Made by a program: the position numbers and the translations under genes. This document shows positions 47,195 through 61,200 of a DNA stretch of 64,000 bases, piece after piece. The notes below the pieces were generated by a model, which saw only the letters and a program-made list of their open reading frames with translations, did not search any database and had not been told where the DNA came from. The stretch comes from Amphiscolops sp. MND2022 (lineage: Eukaryota): positions 14,572,001 to 14,636,000 of the forward strand of contig OZ076409.1 of the NCBI GenBank assembly GCA_964187785.1, in the 5' to 3' direction. How positions within the stretch are numbered: position 1 is the stretch's first letter; each line of letters opens with the position of its first letter.

Positions 47195-47613
47195 ACAAGC
47201 CGGGAGCGGCTAAAGTCGGCGCCATATCTAAAGCTCAAAAAGCGCGAAGTTTTTAAAATTGTAAAAGAGGGGACCCTTTGGGCTTTTTAAAACTCCAATT
47301 TGTTGTAAAATCTCAAAAAAAATTGAAGGGGACCCTTTGGTGCAATCCAAAAAATTTCAAAAAAAGTCTCACAGTGCCGAAAAAAATCACCAAGTGAAAA
47401 ACACCAAGATAGCCAACGGGGGGATCCTTAGTATGTTTTCGAGGTTCTGGACGTCAATTGTGTTTCTTTTTGTTTTGGACAAGGTTCTGAGGTTTCAAGT
47501 AGGTTTTGAACGTCCATGGCTCAAGTTGTTGTTGTTGAACAAATGAACAAAAAAGTGGACCTTAAGCGTCTACACTGTAAGCGTCGGGCACTTTTCTTCA
47601 AAAGCGCCGACTA
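47195..47613 (-). mobile_element. Helentron/DINE-1-like non-autonomous element, complete copy
   Basis: ACAAGCCGGGAGCGGCTAAAGTCGGCGCC ... AAAGCGCCGACTAAAAA; same body motifs as the other copies. Confidence 0.7.
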
Positions 47614-48028
47614 AAAAGGGATAGATTTAGCTCTCCATTGTCAGTTTTTGATGCTTAAAAATAGTCAATAGATTTCACTAGAAAGACAACGCAGTAACTT
47701 ATACACGATATAAAAAGGTAAATAGTTTACAAAAATTCAATTGGGAGAAATTAAATTTTGGGGCCCCAATTTTCCCACGTTCTGAGTAAGTAACTGGGAC
47801 TTTTTAGCCTTGGATTGACCCATTGTCAATTTTTAATGATAGTAATAAAGTCGGATGACTGCAGAACATTGCTCTTTCAATAGGACTGTGGTAGCCTTCA
47901 CAACCAACTATCCGTCGGAGCAGTCTACGACTCAGACGCTCATATTCCACATTGCTAGTGAACACACATGGTAGTCTCTGATGTTTCTAATACAATCGTT
48001 ACTAATTCACGTTTCCTCGAAGTACTAG

Positions 48029-48031
<3 letters not shown>

Positions 48032-48062
<31 letters not shown>
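48032..48062. repeat. (TC)n microsatellite
   Basis: Directly visible. Confidence 0.97.
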
Positions 48063-48065
<3 letters not shown>

Positions 48066-48845
48066 CATTGAAAAACTGCCCGAGTACTTTGAAATAGTAG
48101 ATTAGTTCATGCAACTGTAAAGCGTTCAAGCGATCTTATATAATCATTCCGAAAGTTCAATTGATCGATGCTCGTCTTGACGAATTTTTAGCGTGTAGTT
48201 TTCGTTCAGGAAACAGATTGATTGATATGCAAACCACAGCATTTCTATATTCGTATGAAATATCATGGCCAAAATCTTCTCTGAGTTCAATTAGCGCCTC
48301 CTACGTTTTGATTTGTGAGTTATATCTGATTTGACTCAACTATATAACACTAAATATTCAGTTTACTGGAGATGTTTTTGATGATTTTTTTTGTGATCAA
48401 CTGGCGCGCTTCAAAAATTTGGCAAGTTTGTACGTCTTTGACATCTTTTTCGAAGCGTTCGATGCATGCCGTAAGATCTGTAAGTAAACGAAGATCTAAG
48501 AATGAAGTCAATTGTTCAGTGCAAAACGTATGCGTGATGCAGATATTTGTTTTTGATTTCTTTACAAAATATCTTGTTCTTTCAGCGTTTAAGATCGTCG
48601 CTAAAAACCCTGTAACTCAAAATCTAAAATATGAGGTCGAAAATACTTGAAAAAACACAATCATATCAACTGTTTTTTTTTGTAAAACAACGAAATTGTT
48701 AGAGTTTTTATAGTGACACCACACTTTATGTGAAACCCAAAAATTGGGATGAAATGAGTATTCAACGAGTTTGCAAACTCTTTTCTTTGGAACGCAAAAA
48801 CTTTAAAATGGTTAAATCTTATAACGGAAAAACGGAAACAACGAT

Positions 48846-48960
48846 CCCATGCATGTTCTATGCATGAATATGCATGGAAAACATGTATTTAACATGATCA
48901 TGCAGGAAAACATGTATTCAACATGTTCATGTATGGAAATGAGTGGAACATCAACACGGG
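48846..48960. repeat. CATG-rich low-complexity repeat or MITE fragment
   Basis: Repeated CATGCA/GAAAACATGTATT units ending in ACACGGG. Similar CATG-rich patches occur at ~46190-46275 and ~52780-52930. Confidence 0.5.
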
Positions 48961-50014
48961 TAACCACTATACAAAATTTTGCAATTTTTGAAAACCTTCA
49001 TTCTCAGTTTTTCACTTTGGGTTAAAAAGATGAAATCACTCATGAAAAGTGTTTTTTTTTCATGTTAAATATTGATGGCGATTCACTCGATCATGCCTCA
49101 AATTGCAATGTCAGAAACCAACTTACCATTTCTGAATTTTCCATGGCATCATTTAGGACTCTGGGAATATTGGCAGAGATTAAGGACAGAAAAGTTCATC
49201 TTTTGACTTGAGAAAACAGAAATAGATAAAAGTTTTTAAATTCTGGAGTCATTGTCTGTTATGAATGATCAGGTTACTCCTTATATTATTCGTTCATCAG
49301 TGACCTCAAGTTCTCAAAACGTCCCTTCGGATTTTTCAATTCAATGAACTGTGCTGACACATTCTTGAAAAAGTGAACGACTCTTGACTCTTTCACTTAA
49401 CTGAATTCGAATGCTGTTTGAATTTTGTCACAAAATACTTCAATTGTAATTATACTTGATTTTGTCTGATATTTTTATAGGACAGATGTTATAACGCGAT
49501 CCGACAAGTTCATCTAAATTTGAAAAAAGCTGTCAGATGGATTTGAAATAAATGCTACTTGTGAACTATTGTGGAAGAGACATCAAGCAATTTTAAGATC
49601 ATATTTTCACGCAATTTCTATTCCAGATGTTTCTTCAAAGTTTCTGAACTCTTTCAAAATGCTCCGTTTCAGTACATCATCTGGATCAAGAAAAATCATG
49701 ACATTATCGAAACCCCGTGTAATTTTTGTGGATGCTCCTCAATTTATGTTATCCTGCTAGTTATTTTGCGGAATTGTTGCGACAAACTTGCTTTGAATGA
49801 GTAGAAAGCTAGCGCTACTTTTCCTCTGAGAGTTGGTATTTTTTCATAAGATCATAAAAAGTGAATAAAAAATCAGCGGAGGAAGCGGCGGCCAAGAAGT
49901 TGTAAATGTGTGCTACTTTTTAATCTGCAGTTATTAACTTTTTATGGCAACTTCTGATAACGACTTTATCATTCGAAAATTGCGAACGCATTTTTTGCAT
50001 TTTCGTATGCACAC

Positions 50015-50225
50015 CACTAGAATACAAGAATCACAATCTTACAAGTTTGTAAGAGAATCGCAATTTTTGTTTTAAAAATGAAAATGCGATTTTTGTAAGA
50101 AATTTGTAAAGTTTATGTATTTTTTGTAACATTCTGAGCAGAAAAATGTAAATCTTGCAAAATGTAAATCTTGATAAAAAAAATTAAAAGAATTTTGCAA
50201 AAGCTGTGATTCTTGTAACCTAGGG
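50015..50225. mobile_element. MITE with C(A/C)CTAG...CTAGGG ends and a 2-bp TSD (CMC/EnSpm-like)
   Basis: TIRs CACTAGAATACAAGAATCAC and GTGATTCTTGTAACCTAGGG, with AC on both flanks. Confidence 0.7.
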
Positions 50226-51756
50226 ACGGAGTATTATGTAGTAAACAGAATATACTTCTAATTATGCAAGCTTATCCAAAAAGAAAGGTATTTAATTTTG
50301 ATTGTAAAACGAGTTATATCATCCCAGAGCAATTTCCATGATCAAATGGATCAACAAAATTTTCATTTTCCTGTCAAGATTTTCACAAAAGCTGGGGGTT
50401 AAAATGTTCGAATTTGATTGTTTCAGTGATTTTTATAAAACTGTTAAGCTTATTGTTTTCTACGAATACTTCGAAATTGTGTCACGTGGTACCTATTTTT
50501 TGTTCTGAATCAATAGCGATTTGTTTTTGCCAGATGTTAGATAAATTCTGGACTGAAATGTTTGCAAATCTAGACTGAATATCAAAGAAGCCGCTGAAAC
50601 AAAGCTACGATTTGACACCGAGACCAAAAATCTGAGGTCTTGGCAATTTCCCGAAGTCTGCATTTTCTTAGGTGACCTCAAAACGAATCAAAAGTGGGCA
50701 TTTTTTTATTCTAATTACCTTGAGAGAATCAAACAGGCGAAGTATGCACCGAATTTCTTTCAACCAACATAGAAATACCATTAAAGAAGAACACACAAGC
50801 TGCCTCTAAGTAGATTTTTCACTTCCCAAAGTAAGAGTTTTCAGGATTCGGTGGCTTTGGAGCCTTCCTGTGGAGTTGAGAATTTTGCCTTTTATGGAAG
50901 TGCTTTGAGCACTTTTTAATGTAGCTCACAGGGTGAGCCAAACAAAAGAACGACGGGGCTCCTCGTTAGATTAAAGGAACAAAGCCACAGCAATAACATC
51001 GGGCATTCTCTCCCCTCCGCAACCCATCCACTGAAGATGTGCGTGCTTTGTGTAACGAAGGTAATTTAATGCATGTTTTGTTGGTAAACGCACCTAATGA
51101 ATGGCGGTCACTGCTTTTTACTACTGCAAACTCACTGCAAATAGAAATGAAGCAGAGACATGTAATCGGACAAACAAATCAACAAACAGAATTGACCGGC
51201 AATCAAAAATGAGAGGTCATTTGAGGTGACCTCGGTCACGTGGGTTGTCAAAAAAAGTAGACCAATTTCAGTTTTTTTTTGTCTCACAGGGCTTTCTTTA
51301 TGGGTATTTGTAATCACATTCTGTAATGCTTTTATATGAGATTTTGCAAAAAAACCTAAAAAATGCATTTTCACCAAATTTTTTGAGCCCAAGATTTTTT
51401 AATTCTAGGGAAAATATTCCCATGTTTTCCGGTCATTAATATCCGGGCATATATGAACACCCATGAATCATGGATAATTCTTTAATAAATCAACGCTTGA
51501 TTAAACACCAACATTGGCCAAATATTTGGTATTTGGGGGCTCCAAGTTAACATCTTCTCGATGAACGCAAACAGCGTCACTAATTGTTTAAAATCTTTTG
51601 CACAAAAACTGAAAATTTGTACCAGTTGCAAATAATGAAATTCGAACCTCAGCCTCCTCCCTTGTGAAACGCAATATACATAAGATATAACGTCAAAAAT
51701 TTAGATATTGAAAAGTCGCAATACTCTGTTCATATAAGAAAACGCAATTAATATAG

Positions 51757-51910
51757 TTCAGTTCGCTTAGCCAAATGGTACATTTCCAGGTTTTAAGATT
51801 TTATGGAACTTTTGGAAGAACAATTTTAATCAATTCGTGTGGGTTGAAAAAAAAACGATCAAAAACCTTTATGATAGTCCCGTTTTATTTTCAATAAAGG
51901 GCCGACAAAA
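51757..51910 (-). repeat. Partial Helentron/DINE-like copy
   Basis: Similar to 40180-40323 (GTTCAGTTCGCT...GGCCGACAAAA). Confidence 0.55.
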
Positions 51911-53542
51911 AACAACCGTTGAAACATACTCAAATTTCTCCGTTCCATGTAATTTGAGACTTTGAGACCATTCACACTTTTAATGAACTTAAAACGGACT
52001 TCAAGTTTTTGTCAACAGGATACAGCATATTCTGCAAAATTTTATATATAATATCATTTTTAAATATTCATAAATATATATAAAATATTATAAATAAATA
52101 TGAAAATATATAAATAAATATATATAAATATTTTCGAACCCTAGTCGAAGTTGCCGCGAAGTTTTACAGGCACCTTCAAAAAATGCCGGCTAATTTTTTA
52201 TAAAACATGGAAAATTCAGTGACCATGCATGGAAACATTTTGTAGGATTACTATGCAGCTTTCACTATTTGAGTTAAAACTGAAAACATTTCCACTTCTT
52301 CACCACAGCGATCACTTTGTTTTCACGTGTAGGTTTCTCAAGTAAATACCTTGTGTAATCACCGTTAGTCAAATAGCACGCTGAGTATGACGCTACTCTG
52401 AAACTTATAATGCGACTGAAATTTATTTGCATTGAAACTGCGGTAAAATTGACGAAGGTCTCAGCTGCTTTCAAAATTAGAACGGCGTCTTTATGAAACC
52501 TGCAAAACTTCGCGGCTCAGACTTGCCGCCAAATTTAGGATGCATCTTATACGCAGCTTGATAAATTTAAATTGCATCAGTGACGTTTTAATGCATGGAG
52601 GTTTCCTTGAGAATTTTTAAAAAACCATGAAAAATTAACTTGGTAACAAACAAAAACTTGTAAAAAGTTCAAGCAGTTCCAACCAGGGAACTCTTAGAAA
52701 GTCTTCGGACATTGAGTTTGGTGAGTTGCATAAATTATCGGGTTTTTGTTGAAAACCTATGTAATGGATTGATCATCGATGAATCATGGCTCATCGGGGA
52801 TGAATCGTACAATGCTATCAATTTTGGTTATCTATTACCCAAGCTATGGTGCAAAGTGCCATAATAAGGAATGGTATTGCATGAAAATACCATGGCCGAC
52901 AACCTGGGTTCATGGACAACCATGGCAGACAATTGACCCAATAACCTTGTTGAATTCTGATTTTCCGGTTGATTTAAATCAATGGGAGCAAAATTAAAAT
53001 TTTAAAATGATTTTTTTTGTACCAATGGCGTGGCTATCAAAACAACAGAAACTTGGTGTTAGGATATGATAAAGTTCTTATTTCAATGTCACTGCGCTTA
53101 TCTTCAAGTTTTTATTCAACCAAGAATTCAAATTTTGGAAAACAACAAACGATAGAATTGAAATTCTAAAGACATTCGAAAGTCATGTCTAGGTTTTGTT
53201 CAAAGTGACGAAGATTAAACTGTTGTAGAATTCATACATTGTTCACTAAACAACGACAAAAAGACCAGAACCTTCCTCTAAAAAAAAGTTTTACAAATGT
53301 TCTTGGTCAAAAGTGAAACAGCAAAATCGAAGTTCTATTTTTTTTTGTAATTCTTGAAATCAATCTTCGCATAAATGAGGCCTATCTTTGTTATTTTTCG
53401 CCCACATAAATGGGGGAAGAAAATTCATGTTCTGTGTTGCGTTTTTTCCCCAATTTCTGCCAATTCTTCTTTCAGTTTCACCTCACTTAGAGTTACTTGA
53501 CTATTTTAATTACTTGACTATTCTAGTTACCTAATAAAATCT

Positions 53543-54531
53543 AGTCACCATGGAGCACCCAGGTTTTCGATCTTTGCGAATCTGTGCAGATCTGCAGGAT
53601 TTTTTCTGCAGGCTTCTGCAAAGATCGTTGCACTGAATCTTGAAGATCCATACAGATCTGCAGGATCTTTACAGAAGTGTGCAGATTTTCTTTAAAGATT
53701 TTTGCAGAAATGTTTTTCTGCAGCTTCTAAGGAACCAATGACTGCATTTTTGGACTTCTTGACTTCATCAATTACTTTAGCTGACCAAGGCTGAGTCAGT
53801 TGATACTCTCTATCACTCAAAATTCTCGAGAAGAAAAATTTGTCCCCATCACGGTAATTATGGTGACTGAAGAATGAGCCGTATTGGTTATACATCGTAA
53901 TTTATCCATTTCACTTGAACTTTCCAGATGTGGTTGTTGAACTTTGAGAAGCTCGTTTGCCTCATTGACTTCGTTTTGACGGATGAAATTTGAAATGTGG
54001 CAACCTTCTGGGTTGGTAGATGTGTTGATAAAGTGTTGTTGTTGTAATATTTCGGGAACATGGTTTGTTGGAGTAATTTTAATAATTTCTGGTAACTCGG
54101 AATACGTTATAGTAATTTACTGGTCATTGTTTGGATCTGTAAAGATCTGTAAAGATCTGCAAAACTCTACAGATCTGTACAGATTGCTGCAGAAAAATGT
54201 TTCATCATTTTGACACAAATGAGACTTCTCTCGAGTTTTAAACATTTTTTTTATTCGTTTGACATTGCTGTGGTGTTTTTATTGTGTTTCTAAGTAGGTC
54301 ATTTTTCTTCGAATCTGCACATATCTGCAAAGATCTGCAAAAATCCTGCAGATCTGCACATATCTGTAAATATCTGCAAAAATCCTGCAGATCTGCACAG
54401 ATTCGCAAAGATCGAAAACCTGGGCAGTTGGTAGTGCGTCTGCCTGGAAGACACGAGGTCGTGGGTTCGAACCCGGGCTGATGCGTTACAATTTTAGCGG
54501 AAAATACCCCGGTGCGTAGCGGGTGTCTTGT
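53543..54531 (+). repeat. tRNA-derived SINE interrupted in its A box by a MITE
   Basis: Removing 53558-54424 and one CA restores TGGAGCAGTTGGTAGTGCG...GTGGGTTCGAACCC. Confidence 0.75.
53558..54424. mobile_element. 867-bp CMC/EnSpm-like non-autonomous element
   Basis: Perfect 47-bp TIR CCCAGGTTTTCGATCTTTGCGAATCTGTGCAGATCTGCAGGATTTTT, CA TSD, and AGATCTG subterminal repeats. Confidence 0.88.
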
Positions 54532-54599
54532 TACTTCTTGCGTTGCGTGGAAGAACTATTCGAAGTCTATTCAGTCAGTCCTAATCAAAAGCTGTCAAT

Positions 54600-55660
54600 T
54601 TAAAGACGTTTCAGTAGAAGTTGTACCTGTTTTGGATTTTCCTTTTTCCGAGAATTTTTGCTACAGTGGAATGTAGTTTACTGCTTTTTGTGGAATGCGT
54701 GTTTTAGATTATAATGATTTGTCTTCCCATGTATGTCAATTTTCCTTTAAACCAATTAGCTTAATTGGTGCAATTGTCATTTTAAAAAAGTCCGGATGGT
54801 GGTTTCCGTCGATGTTTTCACTCAATCAGCATGCTGATTCGTGAGATTCATGGCATAAACGAGACACTGCTGAAAGAATTTTCCTCGAGATTGATAGTTC
54901 TCCCAATGTTATACTGATGCGCACAAACCTACCAAACGATCCCTATTTTGGAAGTTCGGCATTTTGAAACACCTGAACTTGTGATGATTTTCCATTGTTT
55001 GAAGTCCTGCTTCGGGATGTATTTAAACATGAGCTCTTTCCAGTCGTTATGATCGTCTTCAGTGTAACGATAATCTTGGTTCCATCCAAAAGGACGCCTT
55101 ATTAAAAACATGGCTTTTGTTTTGACGTCACTGAATGTAGAGCGGGATAATTTGAGCTCATAAAAACTTCAAGATGACACTGTTTCTCAACTCTTGTCTA
55201 CCGGTCAAGATTTTTATAGCTGAAATGACAGTCTTTTGATAAACTACTGGCATTGAGTGTTTTGTTTTTATTTTCCACCGAAACACTTCAAATGTTCTTC
55301 GATCAAAGGTTTCGTTAGGATTATATGGAAGCTTTATACACGAAGACCAGATTATAGGCAGAACGATTTTTATCACGTTTCTAGACTTGCCGGTTATCAA
55401 AAGGCGACTCGAAAGGCTAAATATACACTTGCTTTTTAGGTAGACCTAATGTGTGCTTAGCAGATTTGATCAACTTAACTTAACGGAAGATATATTTGAT
55501 TTCTTCAATTACAGTATGCGGATTGACGTCAGCGATGTAATTGTTCGAATGAGAGTCAAATTTGGGTTTCTTTTATTGGCGAAAAAATTGTCGAACACAC
55601 TGAATGGGGAAACCGAATGTGGCAATTCTCCAAGCCCCAAAAAAGGCTCCTCTCGAAGAG
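54600..55660 (-). pseudogene. Heavily decayed piggyBac-like transposase
   Basis: Fragments in piggyBac order across frames: SPFSVFDNFF, IEEIKY, RVAFDNRQ, LIEEHLKCFGGK / KHSMP, GRTINLEENSFSSV, TIR, KQVQLLL. Many stops. Confidence 0.4.
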
Positions 55661-57236
55661 CATTGCTCACAGACATATGCATTTAGGCACAAATGTACAC
55701 GAACATTTCGACTCCTCGTTATAAACTTGGAACCGCGTCGGGACCACAGCTATTAGCACCGGAATTGCACCAAGTTGACCCCAACGGGCGCGTCAACAAC
55801 GCTTTCAATAAGTTATATTATATATGTAAACAATAACCCAATAAGTTATTAGATTCTTTGGGTGCATTTTTGCACAACTGTGGTACGAGTTTGGACAGAA
55901 ATGTCCCTGTTTGAACAAACCTTGAACGTGAAGTAAGTTTTCACCGTTCGACTTTACGATCCTGAAATTTGCCCAATATACTCACCGAACAAACCTAAAA
56001 GAACTACGTGAAAACTGCAATCATCGACCCAACACGTGAGGAGTATTGTTAATTGAAGGTGCGCGGAACTGGATGCGCGGGCACGGCGGTAAAGAAGTTT
56101 ACGTTGACGTGTAGTACCCCAAACGAAACACCATTCCACAAGTCCTTAGTAACTTGACATTTACGACCTTTACACAGTACGAAGTAGCTTCGCAGTCACG
56201 AGAGGATATCAGGTTGCAATATACTTGCCGTTCTTGGACCCGTGGAAAATGTTCGTTTGGTCATGTTATTTTTATGATACAGTTCGATGGTATGATTTGT
56301 GACGCACCGTGCGAGAAGTACTTCAGTCAAGTCAATAGTAGACTATTTGTATTAGAGCGTAAAAAGTGTTTTGTTGATAAACAACTATATTTGATAGACG
56401 CTTTCGCTACGCCATATAAAACGAGTTAGAAAGCTAGGAGTAAAATGTTCGGAATAATTCTTGAGCTTCTCGATGCGATTGTTAGAATCTTAGACTGACC
56501 CTGGGAATAAAGAAATAGAAAAAGTTCTTGTGCAGCTGCCAGAGAAAGTGTTTTGAAATTCTACAAGTGGCTTGAATATCTTGTTAAACTGGGTTGATCA
56601 TTTTAAAGATTCGAGTTGATTGTCATCATTAAAAATAATTAGATAATTGCAGTTCTTTGACCAATCGAAATGAGCCGCAGAGCAATTTGGAGACACGACT
56701 GACAGAGCTGGTAATAAAAGTAAAAAGCCAATCCTACAATCTAGAGTTAGATTCTTGCGAAACGGTCTAAATAGTCGAACTTTAAGTTTTCTACACAAAC
56801 GACTAAAAACCAATCCTTCTTATTAATACTTTTTCTCAGGAGCTGCTTGCTGAGACGTCCCTTTTATCAACCCAGTCTGTTACTGCTAGTAGTGATGGAG
56901 ATTTGGCCATCAAAACCACCGCCTAACAAATCTTCAAAAACAATACAATAGTAATTGCAAGTAGTGGTTCGACTACAGTAGCTTGATCTGAAAACTTGAA
57001 ATATCAAGCTAACGACTTAAAACTCAAAACACTGAAAAACATAGATTTGTTTTAACGCCAGATATAACGTTCACATCAAAATAGTTGAATACGACCTTGT
57101 ATGGAACGAAGGAACCTGTCTTTGTTGCCTATATCGGCGTGGTTTCTTGCTTTCTTCCGTGAAAATAGCGAAGACCTCAAAAACGAGCAATTTGTCATTC
57201 TCAACTGCAATGACGACAATCAGATTAAAATTTTTT

Positions 57237-57671
57237 GGGAGCGGGACAAAACAGCCGATTTTAAACGGGACAAAACAGCCAATTTTCAAAATAGGACAAA
57301 ACAGCCGATTTTAAAACAGTACAAAATCGCCGATTGGTAAAAATAAAAATCGCCGATTTTGTAGATGCGTAAGATTAGCAGTCAATAAAATTATTATTAT
57401 AGCGTAGTCAGCTATGTTCACCTACCCCTAGTGCCCTAAATGCAGGAGCGAAGCGAAGCGGAGCGACGTGCCATATGGCCATGCCTCAATGTTGCTACTT
57501 GGCGAATGGAGCGAAGCGACCGAGCCATACAACAAATATGAACCTCTTCAAAAGTTCCATGCATATGTAATAGCACTCACTTTGTTCCGTTTTGGAAATC
57601 GGCTGTTTTGTCTCGTTTTGAAAATCGGCTGTTTTGTCTCGTTTTAAAGTCGGCTGTTTTGTCCCGCATCC
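57237..57671. mobile_element. Mutator-like MITE with tandem-repeat TIRs
   Basis: GGACAAAACAGCCGATTTT x3 at the left and inverted x3 at the right. GG...CC ends. 9-bp TSD AAATTTTTT/AAATTTTTC. Confidence 0.8.
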
Positions 57672-60600
57672 AAATTTTTCATCATGTAACAAAAGGTATC
57701 TGTTAAAGCTTTTTCTCTAGCTATTCTGTTTGAACCGTCGGTTTGCCCTTCGAGTGAATATAACTTGTTATAAATTTTGTAGGATATTTTTTAAGTGCTA
57801 TGAAAACTAATTTAAACTTGTAGCAAGTCGAGAACAGCCAAAAGTTGGCAATAAGCTCAACGCTGAGAAAACGCACCTTTTTTAGTATGCCCAGTGGTGA
57901 TTTTTAAACGAATTCTGAAAAAAACTCACCGTTTCGAAAATTATAGAAGTGAAAAACTGTGACTAGTAGTCCGGAAATTTTGCTTCCTGAAATTTTGGGT
58001 CTGGAAATTTTCCCAAATGAAGTCACCGACTGATGAAACTCACAACTCATTTCGACTAGACTTTTTTGTATTAGAGTCACACTCTTTCAGGTGCATCGAG
58101 TAAAGTAGTGGGCAAACTATACTTTGTAAATTTCTGCATATATAAGGATATGAGACTGCAAAAAAATAAACGAGTCGGTACACTTCCGCAATGAATTATC
58201 ATTATAGCTATACTCAAACATTTTTGTGGAATGTGGAAAATTTTTTGTGTTTAAATTTTTTGTGGGAATGGAGGGGAAATCAATTTTTTACTGTAATGAT
58301 TAGAATTCTTGGCACAGAAAAGTTTCATTTTTTGAACAATTTTTTGTTTTTGCTGTAATTCAGTTATTTCTGTTCAAATGAGGTCGAAACCCGCTAATGT
58401 GGCAATTCTCCTTTCATTCATTGCTGATATAATGTTCCTCGAAAGTACGAAACGGTGGGGAAACGTCAGCGATTGGCTTTCAGTATATTTATAACATACT
58501 TATATTCAGTATGAACTTGAGAAATTTTGGAGATTTGTAGTCATATATTAGCCATCTTTTTCTAAGTCCGGTTGAAAAGCTCCGGATTTCAATTTTACAA
58601 GGAAACCTTAAAAGTCAAACTCTCTTCATAAAAATAGTTCCATTCCAAAAAGTGTTCGAAATCATTAACCATTCTGCTGAATCAATAAACTTCTGAAGAA
58701 GTGATAAAAGTATGTCATGTGTAAGATCAAAAGACTGTTGCTATCTATTCCCCCTAAAATGAAGAACTAACCCTTGTGATAACCCTTTTTCATCCGAAGT
58801 TGAAATTATAGGAGCACTTGATGCGGCGCCGTTTCCACTTGGCTCCCCTTCAGCTCTTTTAACCCCCTTTTTATTTCCCGCTTTTTAGTACCTCCTGTTG
58901 CAGGAGATGGGTCGTCGTTTATTTGCTCTTCATTGAACCCCATATCTTTCGAGCAACCTTACTTTTTGAAGACAGAAGTGTAAAAAGTGATGAGATTTTA
59001 ATGACCGGTCTTGCATTTTTTAAATGGGAATGATTGAAAAATATAAGGAGTAGAGAATGAGCTTTGATTTTTGCATCAAAGACTGGAATAGAAATCCCTA
59101 AATTGTGCAATCTATGAAGTTAATTGATAACATTTCCCATGAAAACCGGAGATCTCTGTGATCTTGAGATGTGGCGAAATTGAGAAAAAGTGTCCTGAAA
59201 GATAAACCTCTATTGTTCAAGTTAAGTCTGAAGTTAATCAATACTTGATTCCATCTTACAAGCCATTCTGAAGCTAGACAAAACCTACTTTGAACTTTGA
59301 TTGACCTTGGTTACATTTTCCCTCCGATTCCATTGACCGCCAGGTTATAATTTTCATGTGAAAAATGTGGAACAATTATAGCCAAATCCGCCTGACAGAC
59401 AAATGGTCTTTTTTCACACCTTTTTTAAAAAAATTAGTTCATCTATTCTGGAACTGCGAGAAACATGGTCTGTAAATTGGGCATGATTTTTGCAAAAATT
59501 ACGCACCTTTCTCAAGTTTTGGCGGTCAACTGTTTTTTCTTCGATTTTAGATTCCCCTAATAAAATTCATTGGACCTCATCGCACTGCTAATTCTCACTT
59601 TTCACTCTTTACGAGGCAGTTAATCGGCTTTGGATGTTAATTCTGCCTTAGGATCTCCTTTAATCTGAGTTAGATTTCAAAGAATCTTTCAGCGGTGGAA
59701 CGTGCCTGTTAAATTTCTCCGATTTTTGCTCTCATTCTTTATTACGAAGCCACGGTTTTTATGGCTTTTCCCTACTTTCAAGTGTTGCTGTAAATGGTCT
59801 ATAAACTATAAAATCAGTAGTTTTTATAACTTTTAGAAAGCAAAAGAAGAATCGCGTGGTTGGTGGTAATTTCAACTTCACAAAAGGCGCCGTTTATGTT
59901 ATAAATGTGGAGGGTTATATTAAGTTATGAGTTTGTTTTACTAGTATTCCAAGAAGAGGTCGTTTGTAAAACTCACCCTTAGCAATGAAGTATACAAGTT
60001 TTGTCACGATTTCCGCTTTTTTTCTGGATTTAATTTCTTTTCCAGGAAATTGTTTAGAAAATTTCAATATAATCTACAGTATTTAAGAAAAGCATTGATG
60101 GCGTAGAGATATGATTTCCCCAATGATTTCAAAAGCCTTACAGGTCAAAATGGCATCGAATTGCGTAGAAAAAGGTCAACTGAATTGTGCGATAATTTCA
60201 ATCAGCACTTGCTATTTGAAAAAACATCCCAGTTTGAATTTCGTTCCAGTTTTCAGTCTAATCAAGTTTGAAAAACGTTATATAAAAAAATATAGGCTGG
60301 ATTCAGAATGTTTTTCTGATTTCCAAAATTTTAAAACAAACATTAAGCAGAAAACTCCACAAAATTTCAAGAATTTGACCTTGACACAACGGGGATATTA
60401 AGCAATGGAACACCTACCCGCTATTTTTCATTGATTTCTTTGAATTGCAACAGTTTATCAAAAAGAGAGCTTTGCATATTTAACCAATTAGATCATCTGT
60501 AAGTCTTGTTTTAAATTTCGTACATTTCATCCAAGTAGTTTAACCAGCCTTTACCTCATTTCAAGTTTCAAGAAAATGGCTTCAAAGCTCGCAATATTTC

Positions 60601-60849
60601 TATATTTCTCGCGTTAACTTGTTTCGATTTTTGCTATCTCATGTTTTTGAAGATACCTGCTTTTTTGTTCTTGTTTCGGAAGCTTGTTAATTATAAAGCG
60701 AAACAATTCAAGTTGCTGTGTTTGCCGCTAAAATTCTTTGATGTTTTGTAAGTTTTTTCATGTTTTAGATTTTCCGTCTACGTGGGCCGACTGGTGGGAA
60801 TACGATAAAAGCTCCGACAGAGGTAAGATAGATTTTAAACATCAATAAC

Positions 60850-61200
60850 TTATAACATTCAGTAATTCCTGTTTGATTAGAGTCCTCAGCAGAAAAGAAA
60901 GTATGATCCGTGCGATTAAATTCTTCAATCTACTGAAACAAAGGTAAAAATTACAATAAAATTGTTCTACAGTCGTTGCTTCGTTAATTTGAGAAAAAGA
61001 TTTGATTGAAATCAAAGGTGGCATTCTTTTCATACACGCAATCAGTTTGGCCGGCGAGATTTTGAAGATAAACTGTAATAATAATAAATAATAGATTAGT
61101 GCAATGTGATTATCTACAAAGATTTCCATTCTCTTCCGTGGACAATAGATTGAGGAAAAGACCACAAGTGAATCAATCGATGACTGGAAAGCTTCTGAAA
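60850..61200 (+). pseudogene. Possible very decayed LINE RT fragment
   Basis: KSMIRAI and CFVNLRKRFD resemble the S(T)xxAI and FxDLxKAFD RT motifs; weak. Confidence 0.3.

Noticed and set aside
52040..52132. Extremely AT-rich tract
   Set aside because: Low-complexity sequence with no defined unit or structure.
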